The translations under genes and the position numbers were made by a program. Of a stretch of DNA of 64,000 bases, positions 15,210 through 30,947 are shown piece after piece; the stretch's first letter is position 1; each line of letters begins with the position of its first letter. Under the pieces are notes generated by a model. It saw only the letters and a list, made by a program, of their open reading frames with translations, searched no databases and was not told where the DNA came from. This DNA is from the human T2T-CHM13v2.0 reference genome, Homo sapiens: assembly GCF_009914755.1 (NCBI RefSeq), contig NC_060937.1, one strand, 5' to 3'.

Positions 15210-15317
15210 CTTATTCTGTCCCTAATAAGATATGTATATAAGATATATATAAAGGTATATATATATAAGATATATATCTTATTAGTTCTGTCCCTCTAGG
15301 GAACCCTGACTAATACA
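14502..15317 (+). mobile_element. 5' LTR, MLT2A1-like, enlarged by a complex insertion in its TA tract
   Basis: Starts tatgatggttagtactgag and ends gaaccctgactaataca. TATAAA at 14674, AATAAA at 14871. Followed by PBS-like tagtaccaggagtggtt (HERV-L uses tRNA-Leu). Confidence 0.9.
15159..15206. repeat. (AT)n microsatellite, ~24 units
   Basis: Pure AT run, with degenerate TA/GA runs at 14886-14982 and 15235-15277. Confidence 0.97.
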
Positions 15318-15371
15318 GATGTTAGTACCAGGAGTGGTTCTAAAGGAACAGAATATTAAGGGTGGAGTTCT

Positions 15372-18320
<2,949 letters not shown>

Positions 18321-18614
18321 TATCATGAGTATTTTCTCCTTTTTTTTGCTGAAAACATACTTGTGCATGTATACACTTGTACTAAGAAAATATCTTTATT
18401 TTCTTTTCCTTTATCATTTTACATAAGATTTATTGACTTCATAGCAGCATTTAAGTATTGTTAACTTATGTAATAGCATTTGGGTTGGGGATTGGTGCGT
18501 TTCCAGTTGTAGGAAGGATAGTTGTATTATGTTGGGTGTAATTATGACCTTATTATCTTTATTTGAAGATTATGTGTGATCTCAGGAGATGTGTATGGGT
18601 TCAAGGGGTGGACT

Positions 18615-19079
18615 TGTGATGGTTAATACTGAGTGTCAACTCGATTGGATTAAAAGATACAAAGTATTGGTCCTGGGTGTGTCTGTGAGGGTGTTGCCAA
18701 AGGAGATTATCATTGGAGTTAGTGGGCTGGGGAAGGCAGACCCACCCTTAATTGGGTGGGCACCATCTAATCAGTGGCCAGCAAATATAATGCAGGCAGA
18801 AAAATGTGAAAAGGCTCCCAGCCTACATCTTTTTGTCATGCTGGATGCTTCCTGCCCTCGAACATTGGACTCCAAGTTCTTCAGTTTTGAGACTCGGACT
18901 GGCTCTCTTTGCTCCTTAAGCTTTCAGACAGCCTATTGTGGGACCTTGTGATCATGTAAGTTAATACTTAATAAACTCCCCTTCCTACTAGTTATGTCCT
19001 ACTAGTTATATCCTACTAGTTATGTCCTACTAGTTATATCCTACTAGTTATGTCTCTCTAGGGAACCCTGACTAATACA
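18615..19079 (+). mobile_element. 3' LTR, MLT2A1-like
   Basis: tgtgatggttaatactgag...ctaataca, preceded by the purine tract aaggggtgg. Colinear with the 5' LTR. Confidence 0.92.
18983..19054. repeat. Minisatellite, 5 x 14 bp TCCTACTAGTTATR
   Basis: Five consecutive copies read directly. The last base alternates G/A/G/A/G. Confidence 0.95.
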
Positions 19080-19825
19080 CCAATCAACTGTGAGATCTCT
19101 CAAAGTCAACTTCCAAGTCTTTTGTATACATCTTTAATTGAACTAATGAGAAGAGAGTGAATCAAATTCTGAAAGCAAAGTTAGTGCCTTATGTCCAGTG
19201 TCTTATGTCCTAAGAAGAAAACTTCCATGATGGGACCTAAATATTTAATATAGAAATATACATATTTATATATAATATATATTTAATATTACACACACAC
19301 ATAAGCATTTGGATATATTTCTGTGACACTGTTCAAAACTCTTTTACTTTTCATTGAAGTCATAATATTTATATATTTACCTATTCAGAAAAGAGGGTAA
19401 ACTAAAATATAACAAAGACAGAAAACAAGTTATTTTGTATCTGAGTACTGTTCAGTGTGTTAATGGAAATGTATACTTCAGAGCAATCTTATCTCAGCCT
19501 TTTGGTAAAATGTGTCTCAATCTGGGTTGAACTGAAATTTCTCATCTCCAAGTCTAGAAATAATGCAAAGGGTAAGAAGTTTGCTCTTCTTAGCAGTGTC
19601 CCATTATAACATGGTTAAAAACTAGTAAATGATCAGGTTGAAGTCATTTTGTTGTCGTTTAATGACTGATCTTGGAAACACCCGCTTTCACAAGGATCTT
19701 CAAGGTCACAGATAGTTTGCCTGAAATTGACCAGGCTTCAAAGGTGCTTCTGTGTTCTTCCTTCCTTCCACTCCTCCACGCAAGAAAAATGTAGACAATT
19801 ATCCAAGGTCAAAATAGCAAACTGG

Positions 19826-20122
19826 GGCCAGGCGTGGTGGCTCACGCCTGTAATCCCAGCACTTTGGGAGGCCAAGGCGGGTGGATCCCGAGGTCAGGAG
19901 TTCGAGACCAGCCTGGCCAAGATGGTGAAATCCCGTCTCTACTAAAAATACAAAAATTAGCTGGACACGGTGGCGGGTGCCTGTAAACCTAGGTACTTGG
20001 GAGGCTGAGGCAGGAGAATCGCCTGAAGCCAGGAGGTTGTGGTTGCAGTGAGCCAAGACCACACCACTGTATTCTCTAGCCTGGGTGACAGAGCAAGACT
20101 CCGTCTCAAAAAAAAAAAAAAA
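19826..20122 (+). mobile_element. AluS
   Basis: Full dimer with TSD agcaaactgg. Confidence 0.92.
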
Positions 20123-20974
20123 GACAAAAAGCAAACTGGGCAGGCAGCCAGACCATGCACATGGAGCTGTACCAAAGTGTTCCCCAGCCTAACTTGACCA
20201 ATAAATTCCATAAATGTCTCTAAGCGTTTTCTCATACTCAAGGTAAGACTTCAAAATGTGGGGCAGGTCAAACTTCACATGCTCAGAAAATGAAACTTTG
20301 TCTTCTATAACAAATAGTCATAGATTAAAAAAAACTTGCCAATTCAAGGGAGCAATTTCATCAGATGTAAAAAGTCTGTTAAATAAATGTTCAGTCAATT
20401 TAAGTGCAGATTCATTATCAGGGTACTTCTCTCTTAAGCCACTTCCCTTTCTCTCTGCTCCCTGCCCATCTCCTCCCATGAAACCCTAGCCTACAATGGG
20501 TAGGATTTCCGAATTAGGTATCTTTTTCTGTTTGTTCTGCTTCCTACTGCCCTTTAAGCGTTTCCTTGAAATCAGCATTTCAAACTTTGGGGCTGAGCAG
20601 CTGAAAAGTGTTTCAAATGATCACATTGTGCCATCTGGTGGAAATACAGCCTTTTCCAGGCAGAGGCAAGTAAGAGAATTCCTCTGGCTCTTATATTTTT
20701 GGTTCTCTTTCTATATTTGCCTTAACCACAAGGAAAGTCTGATAAATTTTACAAAACCAAAAGCCAGCTGAGGCCAACCTCCCTCCTTTCGGTTCTATCA
20801 GTTTAGTATTTTTTCCAAAAGAAATCTTTCCATTTGCCCGGTAATGTTTTTAAATAATAATAAAGAAAAGACCAAACTTATATTCTGTCTTATGAACATG
20901 TGGAAAATGCATGTGTTGTCCTTAAATCTATCTTTTTTTCTTAAATAAATTGGTGTTTTAACTAAAAAACAAGC

Positions 20975-21097
20975 CTGCCACAGCTGGTTGAGAGGCCAAG
21001 CCAGGAGGACCTCTTGAGCCGGGAGTTCGATTTTGCAGTGTGCCACGATCACAACTGTGAAGAGCCACTGCACTCTAGCCTGGGCAACATAACGAAA
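20975..21097 (+). mobile_element. Old Alu monomer (FAM/FLAM-like)
   Basis: ttgagccgggagttcg...agccactgcactctagcctgggcaacata. Confidence 0.7.
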
Positions 21098-21377
21098 ATA
21101 ATTTTGTATAGTAATTCATAAATGGCATTTTCTTCTGAAATAGTATGCCAGAGTACTTAACTATGCCATCGGAAACTGCTGCATGGGATTAGGACTGCCT
21201 AATGTTTTTATCGGCTTTTAGAGGATACTAATCTCATAGGCTTTCATTGATACAAAGTTTATATCTTACTTCACATTATTTCTAGATTTATCAATGAATA
21301 ATGCACAATATGTTACCATTTGAGAATGACTTGAAGACTTACATATCTTACTAGTTATATTTCCCATGCTAAGTTGA

Positions 21378-21680
<303 letters not shown>

Positions 21681-22078
21681 TGAAGGTCATAGAGTAGCAA
21701 ATGTACAAGGAAAGCAAAAGACAATTTAGCATTGAAAGAAGGGCCAAGAAAGTCTAAAATTATTCTGTATTAGATCCAGACAGCTTTCTTTAACTGGCAT
21801 TTATGCTATCAAGTGATTTAGTGACTTGTTATTTTCAAGTCGGAAAAAAAAAACACTACAGACGTTCACAGTTTACAGAGAATGTCCATTTTGCCATTTT
21901 CTAGGGATGGCTGTCACTAGGAGTCACCCACTAACAACCACTGTCACCTTTCACTGCCCAGAGTGCTGCGTTTAAGCTGCATTTCCAGTTTAAATGAAAA
22001 TGAAAGATGAAAAATAAGAGTGTTTTTTTCAAAGTCAACTACAATAAAGATAAAATCTGGGACTTCAAGTCTAGAAAT

Positions 22079-22632
22079 ACAGTTGTCCCCCTTTATTGAC
22101 AGGGGATTTGTTCCAAGACCCCTACTGGAAGCCTAAAACCACAGAGAGTACAGAACCCTGTATACACTATCTGTTTTCCTGTGCATACACACCTCTGCTA
22201 AAGTTTAACTTATAAATAAGGCTCAGTGAGAGATTAAGAACAATAACTCACAATAAAATGAAGTGATTATGACAATATGCTAGCATCAATGCTCTTGTGC
22301 TTTGGAGCCATTATTAATTAAAATTAACGGTGACTTGAACACAAGTACCACAATAACTTAACAGTGGATCTCACCGTGGAGACGGCTCCTCAGTGACTCA
22401 CGGGCTGGGAGCGTAGACAGCTGGAGATGCTGGACACAGGGATGATTCATGTCCTGGGCTGGACGGCTCAAGATTCCATCACGCTAGTCAGAAAGGGGTG
22501 CCATTTAAAATGTATAAATTATTTCTGGAATTTTCCATTTAATATTATCCAGACCAAAGTTGACAGCAGATAACTAAAATCAAAACTAAAACCAAAGAAA
22601 GTGAAACAGCAGGCAGCAGGGGAGGAGCTGCT
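22079..22632 (-). mobile_element. TcMar-Tigger DNA transposon, MER44-like
   Basis: TIR-like ta|cagttgtcccccttt and internal ttctggaattttccatttaatatt. Confidence 0.7.
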
Positions 22633-23020
22633 AAAACCTCACTGACACAAGCCAAAGTCACAATGAGGCTTACAGCACACAGTGCTCAATACTGATATTG
22701 GAACCCTGTTTGTTAGAAAAAAAAAAAAGGAAAAAGCTCAATTTCGGTCAACCAGAAAATCAGACATGTTAGGGATGTTCCTAAATGGTCTAGAAGAAAA
22801 CCAAGGATTTGGTTTATAAGCTCATTCCAATTGTATGATGCCATATTTATAGATTTGTGCAAACAACTGATCTCATCTTCTTGGCCTAACCCCAGATATT
22901 TTCATATGTATGAATGTGCTCAAAATAAGCCACTGCTGCAAGAATTGTCTTGTACATAGCTCTGTCTTACCAAGAGTGAGTGCAGTGAGTGACGTGGGTT
23001 GTGTTCACTCATGCCACCAT

Positions 23021-23441
23021 TGCCTGACAGACCCTGTGGAATCCAATAGGGATGGCACCACGTCCAAAAGGCTGAAGAAGAGACCCAGAGCCATGGAACA
23101 GGACATAGGGTTTATTGAGGACTTAACAGACAGGGCGGTCCAGTAGCAGCGAGCTGGACTGGAAAACTGCTCCCATTTTTAAAAAGCATGCAGGTTATAC
23201 AGCATTTTCACTTAGCAACAACTTCCATTTAACCCAAAACAAAGGGCCTCGATCCCCCATATGGCCTGTGTTGCAAGGGATGGGCCAGGCGCTCCGATGT
23301 CCTTCACAGATGTGGACTGAATCTCAGGGTTGGCCACTCCCAGACTCCTTAGCTCAGAAGGCTGAACACACATTCTTCTTGGATCATAGAGTCATTCTCA
23401 GGGATTGCCTGAGTTATTGCAGTCAGGTGCATCTCCATACA
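23021..23441 (-). mobile_element. Probable ERV solo LTR (subfamily not assigned)
   Basis: TG...CA termini, ~420 bp long, reverse poly(A) signal tttatt near 23111, LTR-like composition. TSD not clear. Confidence 0.5.
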
Positions 23442-23560
23442 CCGGGTGAATGTGCTGGGATAAACATCCATGGACGCTGTTAGTACAACAAGAAGGCACA
23501 TGGGTTTCCAAGCTCCTCCCCAGCCCAGGCCCTATCATCGCACCTGCGGCGATGCACAGA

Positions 23561-23604
23561 CCGCCCCCACCCCCACCCACCCCCCACCCCCACCCCCCCC
23601 CGCC
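23561..23604. repeat. C-rich (CCCCCA)n-like tract, G-quadruplex/i-motif potential
   Basis: Six runs of 3 or more C separated by single A. Confidence 0.9.
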
Positions 23605-25110
23605 AACAGGTGTAACGTGGTGCCGCGGGCAGAGGATTCACCTGGAAGTCAGGAAGCCTGAGTCCTAGTGCTAGATCAAATTCCCTCATTACCTGTTTGA
23701 ATTCAGGACTCTTATCCGGCCCTCTCTAGGCCTGTCTCAGCAAATAGGGAATATAATATTTGCTTAATTATGTCATAGGGTTTTGAGACACTACTGTAGG
23801 AATATGGGTGCCAACATTTTGAAACTACATTACTGTGATATTAATAGGAACGTGTAGTAAAGGTGTAGGTGGATATGGTGCCATCATCAAGCCAGCTGCG
23901 AGAACAGCACCAGAGTGTGTGGGCAGGACCCATCAGATGACAGCCTGCTAGTGGAACACAGGTCTTCAGGGGAAGCCACTGCAGGTCATAACCTATGAAG
24001 TTGTGATGTCAGGAGCAGAGAAATGCAGAAATAAAAATCAAGAATGAGGCGTTAGATAATAACCTAAAGATTCTACTTGAAAAACATATTAACAGCTATT
24101 TGACTTCTTTGACCGTGACTGCACCAGACCATGCACGGCACAGAGCTGCCTGCAATGCTGTGGGGTCGTGTGATCAAGCCTCACCTGGCAGGTGCACACC
24201 GGCGAATGCGTGCAGCAGACAGCAGGTTGTTAATAGATTGGAAGGCAAGGATAAGAGCCACATAACATAAAGGAAGGAGCTCTCCTTGGCAAGGACAGAA
24301 TTATGCCTACCCACATTCAGTTTAATTCCTTGTAACAAGTGAGTGCCCTGGAGTGGGCAACGTTTGGCTGCTGGATGTGACGATTTTTATTTCCTTATCA
24401 AAAAGATTTCCAAGCCTCAATCTACGGCTCTTTGTTTGCACTTCAGTTTAACTAAATTATCATATGACCAGAATATCCAGTAGTTTTCATTTCATTTTAA
24501 TTGGCTTAGTCTGCGTGTCTACTGCTTTTCAGCATCTAATAGGAGGCTGTGCAGTTTCAAATAATATTTAAAAATTAGGGAAATGGTTGCCAGCTAATAG
24601 GATGAATTTAATTGCCTCTCATAGGAAAACAAAATCAGGAATAAAATCAGGATAAACTTCATCATTCATGGGTAAAAATTATTAAGATGAATCTATTCTA
24701 ATGGATTGTACTTTATCCTAATGGGGAGGAGAGGATTTACATAAAGTCAAAGTGAGTCACAAGATAAATGTGAATCGGGAGAATTCTAATATGTTTGACA
24801 AATAATTCTGAAAGGCGTTTTGAGAAGCATAGCATCACAAAACTGAAAAGCAACCCAGTTTATTGAAACAAAAACAAACTGTAAAGGTGAAACATGTTTT
24901 CACAATGGGGCCACATTTCTCAGCTGCACTCAAACAATGACAAACCGGAAAAGCGCCTCCCTCCAATGTGGAAGGAATTGTGAAGTCCCAGCCTGCATGT
25001 AAAATAGAACTGGGCTTTAAAAGAATCGGATAATTACGAAATGAGTTACATAAAGTCAGGTGCCTATTTTGTTTTCTATGAGGAGAAGAAACTAATTGGA
25101 AATCTTGTGA

Positions 25111-25353
<243 letters not shown>

Positions 25354-25975
25354 GCTGCCTGCGTCCTCTCGGTGAGCTGTGCAGTGCCGGCCCCAGATCC
25401 TCACACCCAGGGAGCAGCTGCACATCGTGAAAGACTGAGGCAGCGTGGATGGGAAGTAAACGCTTCCAGAGGAACTCAGAAAAAATTATGTGCCAGTGAA
25501 AGTGTTTGGACAAAAACTACATGATCTCAAAATGCACGTGGATGTGAGACACAAAAGTTGACAAAATGGAAAAGCAATGTGTTTTTCCACTGGATTAATT
25601 TTCACCGGAACAATTGCGAATTCTCTCTGCCTCGCCTCCCCCTATCTCGTCCGTGTGGGCACACACTGAGTGTTGAGTTGCCGTGTGGAGTTAATGTATG
25701 ACGCTCCACTGTGGATATCTAATGCCCTGTTGAGAGTAGCCTTGCTCAGTACTAAAATGCCCCAAAGTTCTATACAGCATTTCCTTTATAGCATTCAAAC
25801 CTCACATCCTCCCTTCAGTTTAATGCAAGTAAGTCAGGTTTCACAAGAAAATTTTCAAGTTTTGAAGGGAATTTGAGGTTGATCTGGTTTTCAAGATGTA
25901 GTTAAAGGAATAAATCACTCAAAATTAAACTTTCTGTATATAGTCAATAAGCAATAAAAACCTCATTTTTCAGAG
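25354..25975 (+). other. SGCG: SGCG 3'UTR (3' end approximate)
   Basis: Follows the stop codon. AATAAA at 25909-25914 and 25953-25958. Confidence 0.8.
25953..25958 (+). terminator. SGCG: SGCG polyadenylation signal (alternative hexamer at 25909-25914)
   Basis: Canonical AATAAA with a GT/T-rich element downstream (gtgtctttttt, ~25990). Confidence 0.7.
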
Positions 25976-27496
25976 TTCACAGTTTAAGAGTGTCTTTTTT
26001 AATCCTCACAAATCTTTGAGGTAGCTATTATTTTTCCCCAAGTTACTGGTGACAAAGGCTCAGGTAGAACAAGTCACAAGGTCACATGGTAACTACTGAA
26101 ATTAAACCAAAATGTAACCCTAAATTTACATAGCTCTTTTCACTTTGAAAAAGTTTCATGTGCTGTCTCCAAAACACCCGTCTATGTGATAATTGTACAG
26201 CACTTATTTGACAAACAAAGAAACTGAAGCCCAAAGAGGTTTTGTCTCTACCAAGATCAAAGGGCTAGTCTGTGGTACTTGCCTCCACATGATAGACACA
26301 AGTCTGGACGTAACTTCATAGAAACAAGACACTCAGAGCTTGTGAACATGTTTAGTGCCAATTGGCTGTGTAAGGTGCTATAGAAATCAAATAGGACACA
26401 CTGAACCTCTGAAGACAGGTTCGTTTTGTGTAGGCCACCCACTCACTTTGTAAAATGCCCTCTATCACAAAAAGTGGTGCATTTGTTTTTGTTTTACTTA
26501 TTATAAGAAGAATCTTCAAATAGGTGTAGGGAGACCAACAGCACTGCAACTTTCTAATGATATGACATATTAATAACTATCAATATAAGTTCAAATTCAT
26601 TTTCCATAGTCTCAGAATCAAGAGAAAGTACAAAAGTGAACTCTATTCCTAATGCTTAGTAAGATGTTCATTTAACAGCATAGCCTGCTCATAACAACTC
26701 CCTGATGTTTAAATGGCCAGAATGCATAAACACTTGAAATTGCAAAATAAAAATACAGTGCTTTCCAAGCAGTTAAGAGCAAACTCAACTCAGTGTAATT
26801 CACATTTCACAGGCAGTTGGGTGCTTTTACTTATAAATTGATATTTACCTTTTTCCATTTGGTTGAGTCCTGAGTAAACTGCTTTCTTACTGTGACATTC
26901 CTATTGTCATAGTAAATGGTTCCCGGTATTTTGTTCCCTGTTTGTGCGAAATATGTCTTCAAGCCCAGCTGATAAAACACGGGATCACTAGATCACTAAA
27001 CATTTATAAACTAGCTTGGTTCTCATATTATGTGTCCAAAAATTTGTGTGTAGATGATAAAGTGAGGTAAATAAAAATAGTCAAGTAGAAAGTGTGGAGA
27101 ACAGAACCTTTTGAATAAAAGGTTTAAATTCTATTTTTTTATCCTTAGCTATATGGAATAATGTTGAAAGAAGTTGTTACAGATAAATGCATTCTCCACA
27201 ATAAGGAATTTATCCTTCATTAGAATCAAAACTTTTAGATGAGCTGTATTCTAAAATGCATTACATATATCTGTCTTATTAAACATATAAATTTTCATTG
27301 AAGGCATACAGTCATGGTTATAAACGTACATCACAGGGTATATAGACTGATACTCCTATAGACTATTGAGTGTTGCTACATTAGGGATCTAAAAATAGCA
27401 CTCATTTATTTCCCAGTTTATGAACTGACAAGTAGATACAGTCAAAAAGATGAAGATCAAAATCTACTACTATTATGCTTTAATAATAAAGATAGT

Positions 27497-28020
<524 letters not shown>

Positions 28021-28725
28021 CTAGGTCATCCAAAAACTTCAGTCTGTGCTCCTATGGGAAACAGGGAATGAGGGTAGAAGCTCTTCTGAACGAGCAGAAT
28101 TTTGTGCACGATGGTTTTCAGATTGTGTCTGCTGATGCAGCTTTGTGTCCCCTTCGATTTGAAACATCGCCTCTTACTTGGCTTTAGCAGTCTTCTTCAC
28201 ATAGTAAATTCCACTTCAAATATGCTTCTATATGCTATTTTCTACCAGCACTATATAAATGTCATCCTTGAGATCTACAAAACATTTAAACTACCAAAAA
28301 TGTCAACTGGCACCAATGAAAGAAATAAATCCTACTCATCCCAAAATCAGACCTGTGAACAACTCAGACCTGTGAACAACTCCTCTTCATTCTGTTAAAT
28401 ACTATTTTAAGATTTTTCCCAAATCATTTTTGGGCTCTCGGCACTCCCTGCTCCGTTAACGAATTGTATGGTGCAAGTTTTTCACTTGTTTCCTCCCGGA
28501 GACTGTGAACAATCGAGCCATCCCTCTGGGGATGCCCTGTCCCTGTCCCTGGAGCCTCTGCAGCAAAGACCCTGTTCACGAGTGCAGAAGCTGCTCCATC
28601 CCTTTCCTAGACTGCATGCTACTCAGGAGCAGCTGATCCACACAGCAGTAGACAGCTTCCTTTCTCTTTTTAAAAGAAGCAAACTATGGAAGAGGGTGGA
28701 GGAAGCGTAAAATAACAAAATAGTT

Positions 28726-28995
28726 CAGGTCCAAAATTCCTTATCCTCAATTTCAGTATCTAAAAAGCTTGAAAAAGTGAAAATTTTCAAATAAGTCTGC
28801 TGTAAACTATTGGTGGCAAAAGCTGATTCAAATTACATAAGGCTATTGATCAGGTCTGTGTATTCAATTTACTGTGAACCCTCATAGCCTTAACTGCAGA
28901 AATACTAATGCGTTTGATTACAGGTACAGCCTGTCCCTGGTGGGAGCACTTCATTAAAAAGTTATATATAATTGTATTAACTTTCTAAAATCAAA
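28726..28995 (+). mobile_element. Tigger-derived MER46C-like element
   Basis: caggtccaaaattccttatcc...aaaagcttgaaaaagtgaaa. Recognised from memory only. Confidence 0.45.
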
Positions 28996-29641
28996 TTATG
29001 AGGGGTTTTTTTTTGCCTGGAAAAACACAAAACTCCAACTAGATCAACTATCAAGGCCAAATGAGGTTTTCTGTGTAAATTTTAATATTCAAAAGCAATA
29101 AAATCTAAATGCTGAATTGAAGCTTCGAAGTAGCAAGTACTTTAAATAAAGCTGAAGGCACAGAATTCAGGTAGCTCCAGAACAGAGAGCACTCTTAGCC
29201 CTCATCTGCCTAACTCTGAAGACTTGTGCCTCAACTATAAAGATGAAGAACTCATATCTGTCAGTAATAAAGTGTGAATTAGTCCCAGACATGCAGCTGT
29301 CCCTGAGGCAATGGAAATATCAATTCAGCTCTACCTAGAGGAAAAAAATATTTAATGTATCTGTTTCCAAACACATATATACCACATATATCAGCTAATC
29401 TGATTCCCTAAAAAGGTGACATAAACTCAACTAAATCAATGAGCACCTAAACCTAGTATATAACAAGCACTTCATATTCTATTAATCCTAAAAATCTATA
29501 ATTCCAGCATGAAAATATACAGGAAAATATTTTCCTAATATTTCCAATAAATACACACATACACACACATTAAAACTTAATATTAAGATGTTAAGTTTGA
29601 TTTCCAATGAACTATTTCTCAGGAAACACCCATTACGATGA

Positions 29642-30947
29642 TTTCATATGTACATTTTCCTTTATTAAAAGTATGGCACTTTATATAACAGCAGAAATAA
29701 TTACATGATTTCACATCCAGAAGCAATAAAATGTGGAGGTGCAAACATTCCTTATTCCCAATAAAAGTAAAAAAAGTTTCAACATGTTCTGTAAGCCCTT
29801 AATTGCATAAAGTATATTTAGCATCATTTACAGCCAGTACACTTATATAAACTAATTATCATTACCTTTTACATTCTGCAAAAGAAATATGTTAAAGTAA
29901 AGAAGCATGGCGAGACAAACATGAATTAAATGTCAGTTCTGATCATTCATGGGGAAATATAAGCCGATAATTATAAACTACTAGATAACACAATGATTTT
30001 AACAATTTTTGATGTTTTTAAAGTTAAAAAAACTCCACTACATGCCATATTGAAAGAAAAGGTTGTTTTTTTTTTAACTGCAGCACCTTTAGACAACAAA
30101 AGATTGCATCCTGTTCAACCACACTATATAAATTATAACATTTGTGGAAAATATGTACACACAAACATAAAGCAAGTGTTCTAACAGTTAATAAATGTTG
30201 TCTTGGCAAGCAGTTTCCAGAAACAATACTAACAACTGGTAATAAGAACTGCCACCATTTTGAGTTTTCCGTTGCTATCTTCATCAAACAGGAAGCCTGT
30301 AAACATAAGATGTTAAAAAAAAATTTAAATAAAGATGTAAAGTGCACTCAGTGCACTCTAAAAAGTACTACCTTCACACTCTTAGTCAAGTAATAGGATT
30401 AAAATACTCTACCATTTCTTAAATGCACTGAGTACAACATAAAATTACAACAAATTCATGATCGGAGCCAGCTGATGAGAAAATAACGCATCCAAGAGGA
30501 TCCACTTAAAAAAATGACAGACTACAAAGACTTAATTCCCCTTATGTTTAAACCAATTATATGTCCAGTGTTTCATTAGCTCCTTCAAAAATACCATGTT
30601 AAAAACATAAAATTAACTTCATCCTAACCAGAGACATACATAGACTCTTATCTAACAAACTGCTAAGCTTTGGTTATATAAAGTGCAGTTCAATGATGTA
30701 TCATCCCAATCATTCAAATCCATCCAGCTATTTTGCAGCTCACCACCATCTTCAAAATAGTTTTCTTTTAGATTCAGTTAAGGTTTTCCGTTGGTATTCA
30801 TGTTCATAACAACTCCAGAATTCTCCAAGAACAATCTGCAATGTGCTTAACAATTCCTAGCTAATTGGCAATGAAGCTTAATGAAGTACAGCAATTTATT
30901 CGTGCTACAACACATTCAAGATCTACCTTTTTTTTCGTTAAATATCT
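29642..30947 (-). other. SACS: SACS 3'UTR (~1.3 kb, 3' end approximate)
   Basis: AT-rich, repeat-free sequence between the stop codon and the poly(A) signal. Confidence 0.8.
29661..29666 (-). terminator. SACS: SACS polyadenylation signal
   Basis: tttatt on + equals AATAAA on -. A GT-rich element lies downstream on the - strand (gggtgtttcc). Confidence 0.8.

Noticed and set aside
18983-19054. CRISPR-like array
   Set aside because: The repeats are contiguous with no unique spacers, there are no cas genes, and the array lies inside a eukaryotic LTR.
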